Source of the DNA: an uncultured Gammaproteobacteria bacterium
GTDB taxonomy: Bacteria > Pseudomonadota > Gammaproteobacteria > UBA9214
Length of the DNA: 64,000 nucleotides
NCBI GenBank assembly: GCA_963748215.1
Contig: CAVVHS010000009.1
Span: 403,919 to 467,918, forward strand
Direction of reading: 5' to 3'
The notes under the pieces are model-generated. The model was not told where the DNA came from. It searched no databases and saw only the letters and a list, made by a program, of their open reading frames with translations. Shown one piece after another: positions 1-10,673 of this stretch (its first letter is position 1; each line of letters starts with the position of its first letter). A program made the position numbers and the translations under genes.

Positions 1-3000
1 CCCAGGCGACGGTCGGTCACCAGCCGGTAGAACAGCGGGATGAAGAAGATCGCCAGGAAGGTTGCCGCCAGCATGCCGCCCGGCGACACCGGTACCGACA
101 GCGTGGCGCGCCCCGGCGCCGGCACCGGTCGAAATCGCCAGCGGCATGACGCCGAGGATGAACGCCAGCGAGGTCATCAGGATCGGTCTGAAGCGCAGCC
201 GCGCCGCCTCCATGGCCGCGGCGCTGGCGGAATAGCCTTCACTCTTTTTGAGCACGGCGTATTCGACAATCAGGATGGCGTTTTTCGCCGCCAGTCCGAG
301 CAATGTCACCAGACCGATCTGGAAATAGACGTCGTTGTTGAGACCGCGCAGCCAGACGGCGGCCAGCGCACCGAAGGTGCCGAACGGCAGGGCCAGCTGC
401 ACGGCGATCGGCAGCGACCACTTTTCGTACTGCGCGGCAAGGATCAGGAACACCATCAGCACCGCCAGACCCAGGGCGAGGCCGGAGGTGCCGCTGGAAC
501 GTTTTTCCTGGAACGAGGCGGAGCTCCAGTCGTAGCTGAAGTCTTCGGACAGGGTGCGATCGGCGATCGCTCGACGATTGCCAGTGCCTGGCCGGAACTG
601 ATGCCGGGCGCCGAATTGCCAAAGATCTTCACCGCCGGCAGGTTGTTGAAGCGATCCAGCGTTTCCGGACCCGAGGTGTACTCGACATTGGCGAGTGCCG
701 CGAGCGGTACCATGGGTACCGTCCTGTGCCGGCACGTACAGCGCGCCGATATCCTCCGGCCTGACGCGATAGGCCGGGTCGGCCGACATCAGCACCTGCC
801 AGGTGCGGCCGAACTTGTTGAAGTCGTTGACATAGAAAGTGCCCAGCGTGGCCGCGACCGTGTTGAACAGCGCGTCGATGTCGACGCCGAGCAGCTTCGC
901 CCTGTCGCGGTCGACGTCGACATACAGCTGCGGCACCCGCGAGCGCCACAGCGTTAGCGGCTGGACAATGCGCGGGTCCTTGCGCAGTTCGGCAAGCAGT
1001 TGTTCACTGGCGGCGGCGAGGCCTTTGGCCCGCCTTCGCCGCGGTTCTGCACGTACAGCTCGAAGCCGCCGGCGTTGCCGAGGCCGAAGATCGGCGGCGG
1101 ACCGAAGGCCAGCACCAGGGCTTCCTGATGCCGGCGGTCTGGCCATGAACAACTCGCCGACCAGTCGCTTGACTGGAGCGCTGGCGCTCGTCCCAGTGCC
1201 GGTGCGGCGACGAAGATGGTCGCCGCGCTGTTGCGGAAGCCGCCGCCGAGAAAATCGAGACCGGTGAACGCCACCACGTGCTCGGCATCGGGATCGGAAC
1301 GCATGACAGCGATCACCTCTTGCGTGACCGCCTCGGTGCGGGCGAGGCTGGAACCGTCCGGCAGGAAGACCGCGCCGATGTAGTAGCCCTGGTCTTCGTC
1401 CGGCACCAGCGAGCCCGGTGTGATGTTCCACAGGAACGACCGCCGCGGCGACCATCAACAGGTAGAGTCCGATGGCAAGTACTGTCCGCCGCAGCAGGAA
1501 ATTGACCCCGGCCAGGTAGCCGCCGGTCACATGCGCAAATCCGCGGTTGAAGGCGGCGAAGAAGCGTCCCGGCTGCCGTCCCTGGTTCCTGAGGATGATC
1601 ACGGACAGCGCCGGCGTCAGGGTCAGCGCGACGATACCGGAGATCACCACCGCGATCGAGATGGTCACCGCGAATTGCCGGTACAGTTCGCCGGTCAGGC
1701 CGCCGAGGAAGGCGATCGGCACGAACACCGCGCACAGCACCAGCACGATGGCGATCACCGGCCCGGTGACCTCGTGCATCGCCTTGATCGCCGCTTCGCG
1801 CGCGGCAGCGCTTTTCCTCGTGCATGATGCGCTCGATGTTCTCCAGCACCACGATGGCGTCGTCGACGACGATGCCGATCGACAGCACCATGCCGAACAG
1901 GGTGAGGGTGTTGATCGAGTAGCCGAGCAGCTGCAGGCCGGCGAAGGTGCCGATCAGCGATACCGGCACGGCGATCACCGGAATCAGCGTTGCCCGCCAG
2001 TTCTGCAGGAACATGTAACACCACCAGCAACACCAGCAGCATCGCTTCGCCCAGCGTCTTGAGCACTTCGCGGATCGATACCTCGACAAAGCGGGTGGTG
2101 TCGTAGGGAACGCTGTAGGTCAGGCCATCGGGAAAATCGCTCTGCCAGTCCGGCGACCGTCGCCTTGACTTCGTCGCCCACCGCCAGCGCATTGGCACCC
2201 GGCTGCAGGAAGATGCCGACCAGGGTCGCCGGCTTGCCGTTGATAGCGGCCGATGAAGTCGTAGTCCTTCGAGCCGAGCTCGACGCGCGCGACATCCTTC
2301 AGGCGCAGCAGCGAGTGCCGTCCGGCTCGGCGCGCACGATGATGTCGCTCGAATTCTTCCGGGGTCGGACAGGCGGCCCTGGCGTGTGATGGTGTAGACC
2401 AGCTCCTGTCCCTCGCCGATCGGCGGCTGGCCGATCTTGCCGGCGGCGAACTGCGCGTTCTGCTCGTTGATGGCGCTCGCTGACTTCGGTGGCAGTGACG
2501 CCGAGTTGCGCCATGCGGTCCGGCTTCAGCCAGATGCGCATGGCGTAGTCCTTGGCGCCGAAGATCTGCACGTTGGTGGTGCCGGGGATGCGCTTCAGGC
2601 GATCCAGCACGTTCAGGGTGACGTAGTTGCTGGTGTAGATGTCGTCGAAGCGGCCGTCCGGCGAGAGGAAGGCGAGCACCTGCAGGAAGGCCGACGAACC
2701 CTTCTCGACGGTCACGCCCTGGCGGCGCACTTCTTCCGGCAGGCGTGGCTCGGCCTGCTTGACGCGGTTGTTGACGTTGAGCGCGGCCTGGTCGACGTCG
2801 GCGCCGATTTCGAAGGTGACCTGAATCTCCAGCACGCCGTTGGACGCCGAGGTCGAGCTCATGTACATGCAGGTCCTCGACGCCGTTGATCGGCATTTTC
2901 CAGCGGTGCGGCGACCGTTTGCTCGAGGATCTGCGCCGAAGCGCCGGGGTAGATCGCCCGCACCGTGACCACCGGCGGTGCGATTTCCGGGTACTGCGCG

Positions 3001-3101
3001 ATCGGCAGGATGCGCATCGACAGCACGCCGGCCAGTACGAGGAAGATCGACATCACCGCCGCGAAGATCGGACGGTCGATAAAGAAGCGCGACAGCACCA
3101 T
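1..3101 (-). pseudogene. RND efflux permease (AcrB/MexB, HAE1 family), broken by multiple frameshifts; C-terminus at the window edge
   Basis: Fragments in different frames: [25 protein letters not shown] (2859-3101), FGAKDYAMRIWLKPD (2299-2868), [18 protein letters not shown] (1313-2089), PDEDQGY (954-1406), DRFNNLPAVKI (456-713). Indels may be sequencing errors. Confidence 0.93.
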
Positions 3102-4345
3102 CAGGGCGCCTCGTTGTCGATGGTCTGCGTCGTGGCGTCCTGTGCGGGGGGGGTGGTCCCGGCCGGTTGCGGCATGATCGGCATCCCGGGGAAGAATATG
3201 CGCGCCGTGCCGTCAGTTACCACCTGGTCGCCCCGGGTGAGACCCGAGCGGATCACCCAGAGTCGTTCGACGCCTTTGGTGCCGGATTTTTCCACCCACT
3301 GGCCGACCTCGACCGGCTTTGGCTGCGCGACTGTCATGCCATTCTCACCCTGGCCGGCGACGTAAACGAACTTGCCGCTGGCGTCCTCCTGTACTGCCCG
3401 CTGCGGTACCGCCAGGGCGCCGGGAAGGATTGCGCCTTCGATCCGGACCCGCACGAACTGGCCGGGACTGAGCTTCGCGTCAGGGTTTGGCAGTGTTGCC
3501 CGAACCGAGAAGGCGCCGGTTTGCGGATCGGTGCGGTAATCATTGAAATCGACCTGTCCGGCCAACGGGTAGGGCGTGCCGTCGGCGAGCCGCACCTCGA
3601 CCCGGGTCTGATCGGGCGGGGACATGACCAGGCTGCCATCGGCCAGTTGTCGGTCGATGGTCAATCGATCGTTTTCGGCGATGGAGAAATTGACATACAA
3701 CGGATCGATCTGCGCGAGCCGGGCCAGCGCCCCGGATGTCGGTGACACCAGCGCACCCTCGACCTGCAAGGCGCGTCCGATGTGGCCGGAGATCGGCGCA
3801 GTGACGTTGGTGTAGCCGAGTTCGAGCGTTGCCTGTGTCAGTTCCGCATCGGCGACGGCGACGGCGGCGCGGTTGAGATCGCGGTTCGATACGGCATCAT
3901 CCAGTTCGCGCTGGCTGACGGTCTGTTTGTTGGCGAGTGGTGCGAGACGTTTTACATCGCGTTCGGCCTGAACCAGGCGTGTCCGGGCCTCCGCCAGCGC
4001 CGCTTCCGCCGCCTGCTTGCGCGCGGCGAACGGCGCGGCGTCGATGCGGAACAGGGACTGGCCGGCATCGACGCGGCCGCCTTCCTCGAACAGCCGTTGC
4101 TCGATCAGTCCGGTGATCTGCGGTCGGATCTCGATTTCGCGCGAAGCTTCCAGTCGGCCGACATACTCGAATTGTACAGGCAGGTCCTGTGGTTGCAGTT
4201 CGAGCACGGTGACCTGTTGCGGGGGTGACGCACCGCCGCCTTCCGAGGGTTGTGATTCACTCTTGCCGCAACCGGCCAGTTGCAGTGCGAGAAGGGCGCT
4301 CGCCAGGGTTGCCATAACGGCGAAGCTGCGCAGAACTGTCATCAT
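3101..4345 (-). CDS. RND efflux periplasmic adaptor (membrane fusion lipoprotein, AcrA/MexA family)
   Basis: Lipobox [32 protein letters not shown]; GAGGAG RBS before ATG at 4345; stop overlaps the permease start. Confidence 0.93.
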   Translation of the reverse strand: MMTVLRSFAVMATLASALLALQLAGCGKSESQPSEGGGASPPQQVTVLELQPQDLPVQFEYVGRLEASREIEIRPQITGLIEQRLFEEGGRVDAGQSLFRIDAAPFAARKQAAEAALAEARTRLVQAERDVKRLAPLANKQTVSQRELDDAVSNRDLNRAAVAVADAELTQATLELGYTNVTAPISGHIGRALQVEGALVSPTSGALARLAQIDPLYVNFSIAENDRLTIDRQLADGSLVMSPPDQTRVEVRLADGTPYPLAGQVDFNDYRTDPQTGAFSVRATLPNPDAKLSPGQFVRVRIEGAILPGALAVPQRAVQEDASGKFVYVAGQGENGMTVAQPKPVEVGQWVEKSGTKGVERLWVIRSGLTRGDQVVTDGTARIFFPGMPIMPQPAGTTPPAQDATTQTIDNEAP

Positions 4346-4734
4346 GCCGGAGTCTCCTCGACGGGATTCATCCGGCTCAGTTCCCGGATGCGGTCGTTGC
4401 GGTCCACTTGTGTCGCCGCAGGGACGCTGTGAGTTCTGCGCTGCCAAAAACATGGATATCCATCCCGGGTAACCGCTTGAGCCTGTTGGCCTCTTCAGGA
4501 AGATTGTACTGTACCATCCGGAAATTCTTCCATGGCACGAAGTGCAGGGCGAATTTCAGCCCAGGCGGAAGGGTGGCAGCGTCTAGACCGTGGCATTGTG
4601 TGTTCCATCTGGCGGAAGCTGATGAATCCATGCAGGTATTTTTCGGGACCCGGTTATGCACCGTCCTGCATCGTGGAGCCTTGGTCGAAACAGTAAATTA
4701 TTGAATAAAAAGGCTTATAAATTGCCTTTCTGTC

Positions 4735-4775
4735 CTGTTGATCCGATGGTCGCTGGCTCGAGCCGCGGCCGACGC
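4735..4775 (+). other. Degenerate fragment resembling the 3' half of tRNA-Asn (possible old att-site scar)
   Basis: ctgttgatccgatggtcgctggctcgagcc resembles the anticodon arm, variable loop and T-arm of tRNA-Asn(GTT); no 5' half and no CCA. Confidence 0.3.
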
Positions 4776-5005
4776 CGTCGGTCGGGACATCGGCATCGCA
4801 CAAGCGATGCTGACCCCGAAGGAGCTAAGGTGCGGCCCGGGTAATCCAGCACGACCCACCATTTAATCAATATGTTTTGAAGTAGAGCTTCAGATCCTGT
4901 TTCTCATGCAGGTGCTATATATACAACCCGTGAAGTCATGAGCTATATGCAGCCGGCCGTTCACCGTCATGAAGCGGATGAGCCGATATGGCCGGTAGTC
5001 GCCAA

Positions 5006-6010
5006 TCAGGAACGATGAAGCACGATGCGATAATGTGCCTGCCCGCTCCTTAATCTGGTAATCGCCTCGTTGACGTCATCCATGCTGAATTGCTCGATCA
5101 CGGGCCTGATGTTGTGGAGTCTGGCGAATTCAAGCATCCTGGCAATGGTTGACGGGCTGCCGACCGGAGAGCCGGATACCGATTTTTGCCCCATGATGAG
5201 TGAAAACACATTGATATCGAGTGGTTCCAGGGTGGCACCGACGAAGTGTAAACGGCCGCGGGCATTCAGCGTGCCGAGATAGAGACTCCAGTCCAGCTTG
5301 ACGTTGACCGTGGAAATGATCAGGTCAAAGCGACCTGCTGCCGCCTCGAGTGTACCCTGATCCCGGGAGTCCAATGTCTGGTGAGCGCCCAGGCCCAGCG
5401 CTTCTTTCCTTTTTGCTTCGCTGGAGGTAAATGCCGTCACCTCGCAGCCCCATGCATTGAGAAACTGCAGCGCAAGGTGGCCGAGACCGCCGATGCCGAT
5501 CACCGCCACCTTGTCGGTGGGTTTGATGTCGAACTGTACCAGCGGATTGAAAACAGTAATCCCGGCGCAGAACAGCGGACCGGCAGATTCCGGTTCAATA
5601 CCATCCGGAATCGGAACGACACTGTTGGCATCCGCGCGCACCCTGTCGGCAAAACCGCCGTGATGACCGATGATGGTTGGTTGTGCGGTGGTGCACAGGT
5701 TCTGGTCGCCGCTCTGACAAAGCGCGCAATCGTTGCAGTAGCCGGCATGCCAGCCCAGCCCCACTCTCTGGCCGACCTGCAGATGTTTAACCTGGTCGCC
5801 GACTCTGGCAATACTGCCTACCACTTCGTGCCCGGGCACGACGGGATACTCGGTCATTCCCCACTCGTTGTCGATGACACTCAGATCACTGTGGCAAATC
5901 CCGGTGTAGTGAACATCGATTTCGACTTCACGGGATTTCAAATCACCGGGATCGTACTCGAAGGGTTTGAGTTCTCCCCCGGGTTCAAATGCTGCAAAGG
6001 CTTTGATCAT
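5006..6010 (-). CDS. ahr: Zn-dependent NADPH aldehyde reductase / cinnamyl-alcohol dehydrogenase family (Ahr/YjgB-like)
   Basis: GICHSD, GHEVVG, structural Zn CxxCxxC-x7-C, GIGGLGHL. Confidence 0.88.
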   Translation of the reverse strand: MIKAFAAFEPGGELKPFEYDPGDLKSREVEIDVHYTGICHSDLSVIDNEWGMTEYPVVPGHEVVGSIARVGDQVKHLQVGQRVGLGWHAGYCNDCALCQSGDQNLCTTAQPTIIGHHGGFADRVRADANSVVPIPDGIEPESAGPLFCAGITVFNPLVQFDIKPTDKVAVIGIGGLGHLALQFLNAWGCEVTAFTSSEAKRKEALGLGAHQTLDSRDQGTLEAAAGRFDLIISTVNVKLDWSLYLGTLNARGRLHFVGATLEPLDINVFSLIMGQKSVSGSPVGSPSTIARMLEFARLHNIRPVIEQFSMDDVNEAITRLRSGQAHYRIVLHRS

Positions 6011-6137
6011 GATGATTTTCCTCTTGTCGGGATCGATGTTTGAAAAAGATGCCGGTGACGTGATGCCAGTTCACTGGCGCAAGGATATCCGGGTGCATTT
6101 TCTGTCTATATATTGAGAGCAACGTGCCCGGGCACCG

Positions 6138-7493
6138 TTATTTGTAAAGAAACCGTTCAAGGATAGCCCGTACATCGATATTTGCACGCAGGCGTGCTGC
6201 CAGCAGGTACAGCCCGCCAAGCTTGCGGTGCAGAAACACGGCATCGGCGGGCGGCGTGTGCCAGTAGCCCTGATCGAGGCTCAGTGCCATTCCGGCGTCG
6301 CGTATGCGCACGGCCAGGTCACTGGTGCCAAAGTCAAAGCGGCCGCGCGTGCGGGCCGGCTCGGTGGCCAGAACGAACAGCTCCATGACCGCCGCGTGCT
6401 GGTGTGCATGGATATCCTCCCGGAAATAACCGATCGCCTCTGCGCTCTCGGTCATGGCCTTATGGTCCTCGCGCAACGCCGCCTCGAGCAGTCCCCGGTA
6501 GGCTGCGATGACTGCGCCGGAATAACGCCTGGTGGCGCCGAAGTCCAGTAAACCGATCTGACGGGTGTCGGCGTTGTACAAATAATTCGCAAAGTTGGGG
6601 TCGGTTTGAATCATCCCGAACTCGAAGAGTTCCCGGAAAAACAAATCGAGCAGCAAACCGGTGACGCGATCGCGTGTCGCCCGGGCGGCACTGGCCAGGG
6701 ACTCGATGGGCTCCCCTTCCAGGAAGTCCATGGCGAGAATGTTTTCCCGGGTGAGGTGCGCCTCGACGCCCGGCACCCGGAACGCCGGTGTATCTTTCAG
6801 CCACTCCGAGAAGTGTCGCAAATGCCCGGATTCACGCCGGTAGTCGGCTTCCTCGTGCAGCTGTCGCTTGGCTTCCTGCAGCAGTGGTTTCAGATCCAGT
6901 TCGCCGGGTATGAGTCGCGAAATCCTGAGCAGCGTGGCGACATTGTCCACATCGCTGTCGATGCTTTGCCGGATTCCGGGATACTGGATCTTCAGCGCCA
7001 GGTGCCGATCGCTTTGCGATACTGCCGCGTGCACCTGGCCGATGGATGCCGCCGCCATCGGCGTAAACGAGAACCGTTTGAACTGTTGCTCCCATCCCTT
7101 GCCGTACGCCTGCTGCATCACCGCGACCACCTCGCTCATGGGCATGGGCCTGGCATGGGCGCGCAAGCGGGCGAGCAATTCAGTCAGCTCGGCCGGCAAC
7201 AGGTTTCCGGCGTCCATGGACAGCAGTTGTCCCACCTTCATGGCCGCACCGCGCAGCTCGGACAGCTTGTCGGCAACGCGACGGACATTCGCGGGCGTCA
7301 GCACCAGGTCCGCCGGACGGGGGATATTGCCCTGTGCCGCCTGGCGCAGGCCCTCGGCCAGCATGCCGCCAGCGACTCTGCCGGCCAGCTCGCCCAGGTG
7401 TGCCAGGCGCCCGAGCCGGCTGCGGGGCACCGACGATGTCACCACCCTGGCATCATTCACAGTGCGATCGTGTTTTCCGGGCCCGGTTGCCAT
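6138..7493 (-). CDS. ABC1/UbiB/COQ8 family atypical kinase
   Basis: MKVGQ (KxGQ), AAASIGQVH, ALKIQYPG, QTDPNFANY, LLDFG; start placed at MATGPG. Confidence 0.9.
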   Translation of the reverse strand: MATGPGKHDRTVNDARVVTSSVPRSRLGRLAHLGELAGRVAGGMLAEGLRQAAQGNIPRPADLVLTPANVRRVADKLSELRGAAMKVGQLLSMDAGNLLPAELTELLARLRAHARPMPMSEVVAVMQQAYGKGWEQQFKRFSFTPMAAASIGQVHAAVSQSDRHLALKIQYPGIRQSIDSDVDNVATLLRISRLIPGELDLKPLLQEAKRQLHEEADYRRESGHLRHFSEWLKDTPAFRVPGVEAHLTRENILAMDFLEGEPIESLASAARATRDRVTGLLLDLFFRELFEFGMIQTDPNFANYLYNADTRQIGLLDFGATRRYSGAVIAAYRGLLEAALREDHKAMTESAEAIGYFREDIHAHQHAAVMELFVLATEPARTRGRFDFGTSDLAVRIRDAGMALSLDQGYWHTPPADAVFLHRKLGGLYLLAARLRANIDVRAILERFLYK

Positions 7494-7577
7494 GTCATCT
7501 TCAGTCCGGCCGTGACGCCAGGCGCTTCGGCAGTGCCTGCCTTGTGTCATGCTTCAACCGCATTGTCTGAAAGGCAT

Positions 7578-8231
7578 TCAATGTCGGGTGGCTGAGCCGG
7601 GTGACCTGAATACAGTGTCAAGAATAGCGATGAATGTATCCAGGCGTTCAGCGGGCTGGACGGTTTCCAGCAGCACCTGCTTGTCTGCTTCGCTGAGCGG
7701 CAATGCCATGCTCATGCTGTTGATCAGTTTCACGGTCGACAGGCGTTCGAGCATTGTCCAGTCGACGTCCAGGCCTTCGGTGCGGAAGTAACCTTGCAGC
7801 GTTTTAATCAGGAGACTGTGCGCATTTCTCAGGACATCGCTATCGTCCTTGTAGTCGTCGGCGAAGCGCGACCACCGCGGTACGATCAGTCGATAGCCGC
7901 GGGTGGTCGGCAGTTCCTCGCCGAGATCGTAGCGGCACACTCCGACCAGCACCAATTCAATCCGGCCGTCGCTGGTTTCGCGATATTGGGTAATTCGTCC
8001 GGCACACCCCGTGCGGCAGAGTTCGACATCGCCTTTTGCGTTCGGATCCGGCTGGATCATGCCGATCATGCGGTGCTTGCTGAGCGCATCGCTGACCATG
8101 TTCAGATAGCGCGGTTCGAAGATGTTCAGCGGCAGCTCACTGCCGGGCATCACAATCGCTCCGGGCAGCGGAAAGATCGGCAGGGTGTCGGGTAGTTGAT
8201 CAAAGGGCACGATAAAGGGACTGTGGCTCAT
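7578..8231 (-). CDS. Stand-alone LON peptidase substrate-binding (N-terminal) domain protein
   Basis: LPIFPLPGAIVMPGSELPLNIFEPRYLNMV..GCAGRI. Confidence 0.88.
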   Translation of the reverse strand: MSHSPFIVPFDQLPDTLPIFPLPGAIVMPGSELPLNIFEPRYLNMVSDALSKHRMIGMIQPDPNAKGDVELCRTGCAGRITQYRETSDGRIELVLVGVCRYDLGEELPTTRGYRLIVPRWSRFADDYKDDSDVLRNAHSLLIKTLQGYFRTEGLDVDWTMLERLSTVKLINSMSMALPLSEADKQVLLETVQPAERLDTFIAILDTVFRSPGSATRH

Positions 8232-8431
8232 GGTCCTCCTCCTGGGTTGCTTATGACATAACCCGCCGCTGCACCGCTCCGAGGATCCTGCAGCAGCTCA
8301 CCGGCACAACGGCCGCCGGCTACTGCGCTGGATCGCAATCGACGGGAGCCCGTTGCACCGGTATCCGGCAAGCCAGTCGATACAGGCACGGTTGCGGTAA
8401 CAGGTTCCAGGGGCCGGCTCGCCGGGCAGTG

Positions 8432-8662
8432 TCAGTTGATGGAGCCTGTGTTCGGATTGTCCGCCATGTCGTCGTAGATCTTTTTCAGTCCGGACATGGC
8501 CTCAGAACCGTGCGTCGGCGTATTCAGGTATTCACGCTTGTTTGCTTCCGATTCGAAGTAGATCTTCAGACTGTTATTACCTTCGCCTTCCACGACGAAT
8601 GGCGCATTAGCCAGGTCGGTCACATCGTTCAGCGAAATCGGGTCCAGTGTGGTGGTAATCAT
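8432..8662 (-). CDS. Small acidic hypothetical protein (76 aa)
   Basis: GAGAGG RBS before ATG at 8662; MITTTLDPIS..KIYFESEANKREY (weakly YHS-like). Confidence 0.65.
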   Translation of the reverse strand: MITTTLDPISLNDVTDLANAPFVVEGEGNNSLKIYFESEANKREYLNTPTHGSEAMSGLKKIYDDMADNPNTGSIN

Positions 8663-8712
8663 TGGCAGGTCCTCTCGATCGGGTTTCCGGTTCGGGCTCG
8701 TTCGAACCGCAG

Positions 8713-8785
8713 TATAGTACAAATGTACAATAAATGTACAATTATAAGTAGAACAAAATGTTGACAGGTACAGATATTTGTACAA
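8713..8785. promoter_or_regulatory. Divergent promoter with TGTACA-type repeats (CarH/LitR-like operator)
   Basis: TGTACA at 8724, 8735 and 8779; AGAACA 8750 and TTGACA 8761 are 11 bp apart; AT-rich island between the small gene and hemH. Confidence 0.6.
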
Positions 8786-8824
8786 CTATGCAGGTCGGAC
8801 AGGCCTGACGGAGACAGCCCTATC

Positions 8825-9940
8825 ATGAAATCCAGGTACCACGGACAGCGCGAATTCGAGCACGGACGCATGCCGCGGCTGGGCGTCGTGCTGGTCAATC
8901 TGGGTACGCCGGAATCTCCTACACCGGCGGCCTTGCGGCGCTACCTGGGCGAATTTCTCTCCGATCCCCGCGTGGTCGAAATCCCGCGACTGGTCTGGCT
9001 GGCAATCCTGCACGGCATCATCCTGCGGGTGCGCCCGAAAAAATCCGCTCGCGCCTATGCCACTGTCTGGACCGAGGCGGGTTCACCGCTGCGCGCCTTT
9101 TCCGAGGCGCTCGCGGAGAAGGTGCGTCAGGAGCTGGAACATCTGGTGCCGGGTCCGGTTTCCGTTGCACTTGCCATGCGCTACGGTGAGCCTGCCGTCA
9201 ACCGCGTGCTCCTCGACATGCAGGCGCAGGGCGTTGAACGGGTAGTGATCGTGCCCTTGTATCCTCAATATTCCGGCGCCACGACCGGCTCGGTTGCCGA
9301 TGCCGTATTCACGAGCCTGAGCCGCTGGCGCTGGGTGCCCGAGCTGCGCTTCATGGGCGCCTATCACGACGATCCGCGCTATATCCAGGCCATTGCCGAT
9401 TCGGTCCGTACACACCGGGAAACCCACGGTCCGGGTGACAAGTTACTCATCTCCTTTCATGGCATGCCCGCAGCGACACTGAAAGCCGGGGATCCGTATT
9501 TTTGCCACTGCCATAAAACCGCACGCCTGATCGCAGATGAACTCGGTCTCGGGGAACAACAGTGGGAAATGGCCTTTCAATCACGCTTCGGGCGTGCGGC
9601 CTGGCTGCAACCCTACGTGGTGGAACGACTCGAGGCCCTGCCTGCAGAAGGGGTCAGGCATCTCACGGTTGTGTGTCCGGGCTTTGCCGCTGACTGCCTG
9701 GAGACGCTGGAGGAAATTGCCATGCAGGGACGGGACAGTTTCCTGCAGGCCGGTGGTGAACGTTTTGACTATGTCCCGGCCCTGAATGCCGGGGCGGCGC
9801 ATGTACAGCTGCAGGCAGCGCGGATCCTGCAGCATGCCTCGGGCTGGCCCGAAACCAGCGCCGGCTTTGACCCCGTGGCGCTGGAGACGGCCCTGTCGAC
9901 CTCCCGAAAACTGGCGCTGGCCGCCGGTGCCAAAGGCTAG
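8825..9940 (+). CDS. hemH: Ferrochelatase
   Basis: LVNLGTP, FLSDPRVVE, PLYPQYS, SFHG, FQSRFG, WLQPY, DCLETLEEI. Confidence 0.97.
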   Translation: MKSRYHGQREFEHGRMPRLGVVLVNLGTPESPTPAALRRYLGEFLSDPRVVEIPRLVWLAILHGIILRVRPKKSARAYATVWTEAGSPLRAFSEALAEKVRQELEHLVPGPVSVALAMRYGEPAVNRVLLDMQAQGVERVVIVPLYPQYSGATTGSVADAVFTSLSRWRWVPELRFMGAYHDDPRYIQAIADSVRTHRETHGPGDKLLISFHGMPAATLKAGDPYFCHCHKTARLIADELGLGEQQWEMAFQSRFGRAAWLQPYVVERLEALPAEGVRHLTVVCPGFAADCLETLEEIAMQGRDSFLQAGGERFDYVPALNAGAAHVQLQAARILQHASGWPETSAGFDPVALETALSTSRKLALAAGAKG

Positions 9941-10112
9941 TCGAGGTATCCATCGCCCAACGTCGCCGCGTTGCGGGATGTATACCAAAACCCTGCCGGT
10001 CGTGTGGTGCGGCTTTAGTCCAGTCGCGCCCGGCTTAGGAATCGAAATCTGCACGAACTCGGGTCGCGCCGGCTGCCCGGCAGCGATGACGGCGCTGGTT
10101 ATCCAGCAATCC

Positions 10113-10165
10113 CTGTGACCGTACCCTGAAGCCGTGCAGGGTCGGATTTAAGGGTACGGTCAACA
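10113..10165. terminator. Long imperfect hairpin downstream of hemH
   Basis: ctgtgaccgtaccctgaagccg ... cggatttaagggtacggtcaacag inverted repeat. Confidence 0.45.
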
Positions 10166-10279
10166 GCAGCACACTTTATTCGAAATCATTGCTGTCCCGC
10201 ATACATAGACTGAAAGTACAGTAAGTCCATGAATGAACGCATTGCACGGATCGGTTGAAAGTGACAGGACACGAAAGCT

Positions 10280-10563
10280 GACGAATTAATCAGAGATTCC
10301 CTATACATCACTGCATGAACAGTGCGTCCCTTCTCGGCAAATGCTCCATGCGTTACTCTCGACTCTGGCATGGCCCAGGCCAGCCTCTCGACCCGGGCCG
10401 TGCCCGTAATAATGGCTCACCTCCTCCCTGCAGTCGTCTCCCCAACCCTCTCGGCTTTGGCTCCTGCGTCGCACTACCGCCTCGGTAACTGCTCCATGCG
10501 TTACTCAACCTCCTACATCCATGTAGTCGTACGTGCATGCAAGCGTCCCGGAGGGAGAGGGAG
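10280..10563. repeat. Composite cluster of nested small repeats
   Basis: tgctccatgcgttactc twice (10342, 10490); ccctctc..gagaggg arms; gacgaattaatcagagattccct at 10280 matches the right end of the element at 26351-26466. Confidence 0.55.
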
Positions 10564-10673
10564 TATGCGGGACAGCAGTATCACCAACGCCTTTTTCTCG
10601 CAATCTCGTGATATCTTCTTTGTAGATGCCGGTTCCAGCTATCCTTCAATCACCCGGGTTCGAGCTGTAAGAC

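Noticed and set aside
8713-8785. PpsR/CrtJ site (TGT-N12-ACA) upstream of hemH
   Set aside because: The TGT...ACA spacing here and at 32.6 kb is N11, arising from 11-bp direct repeats, not N12.
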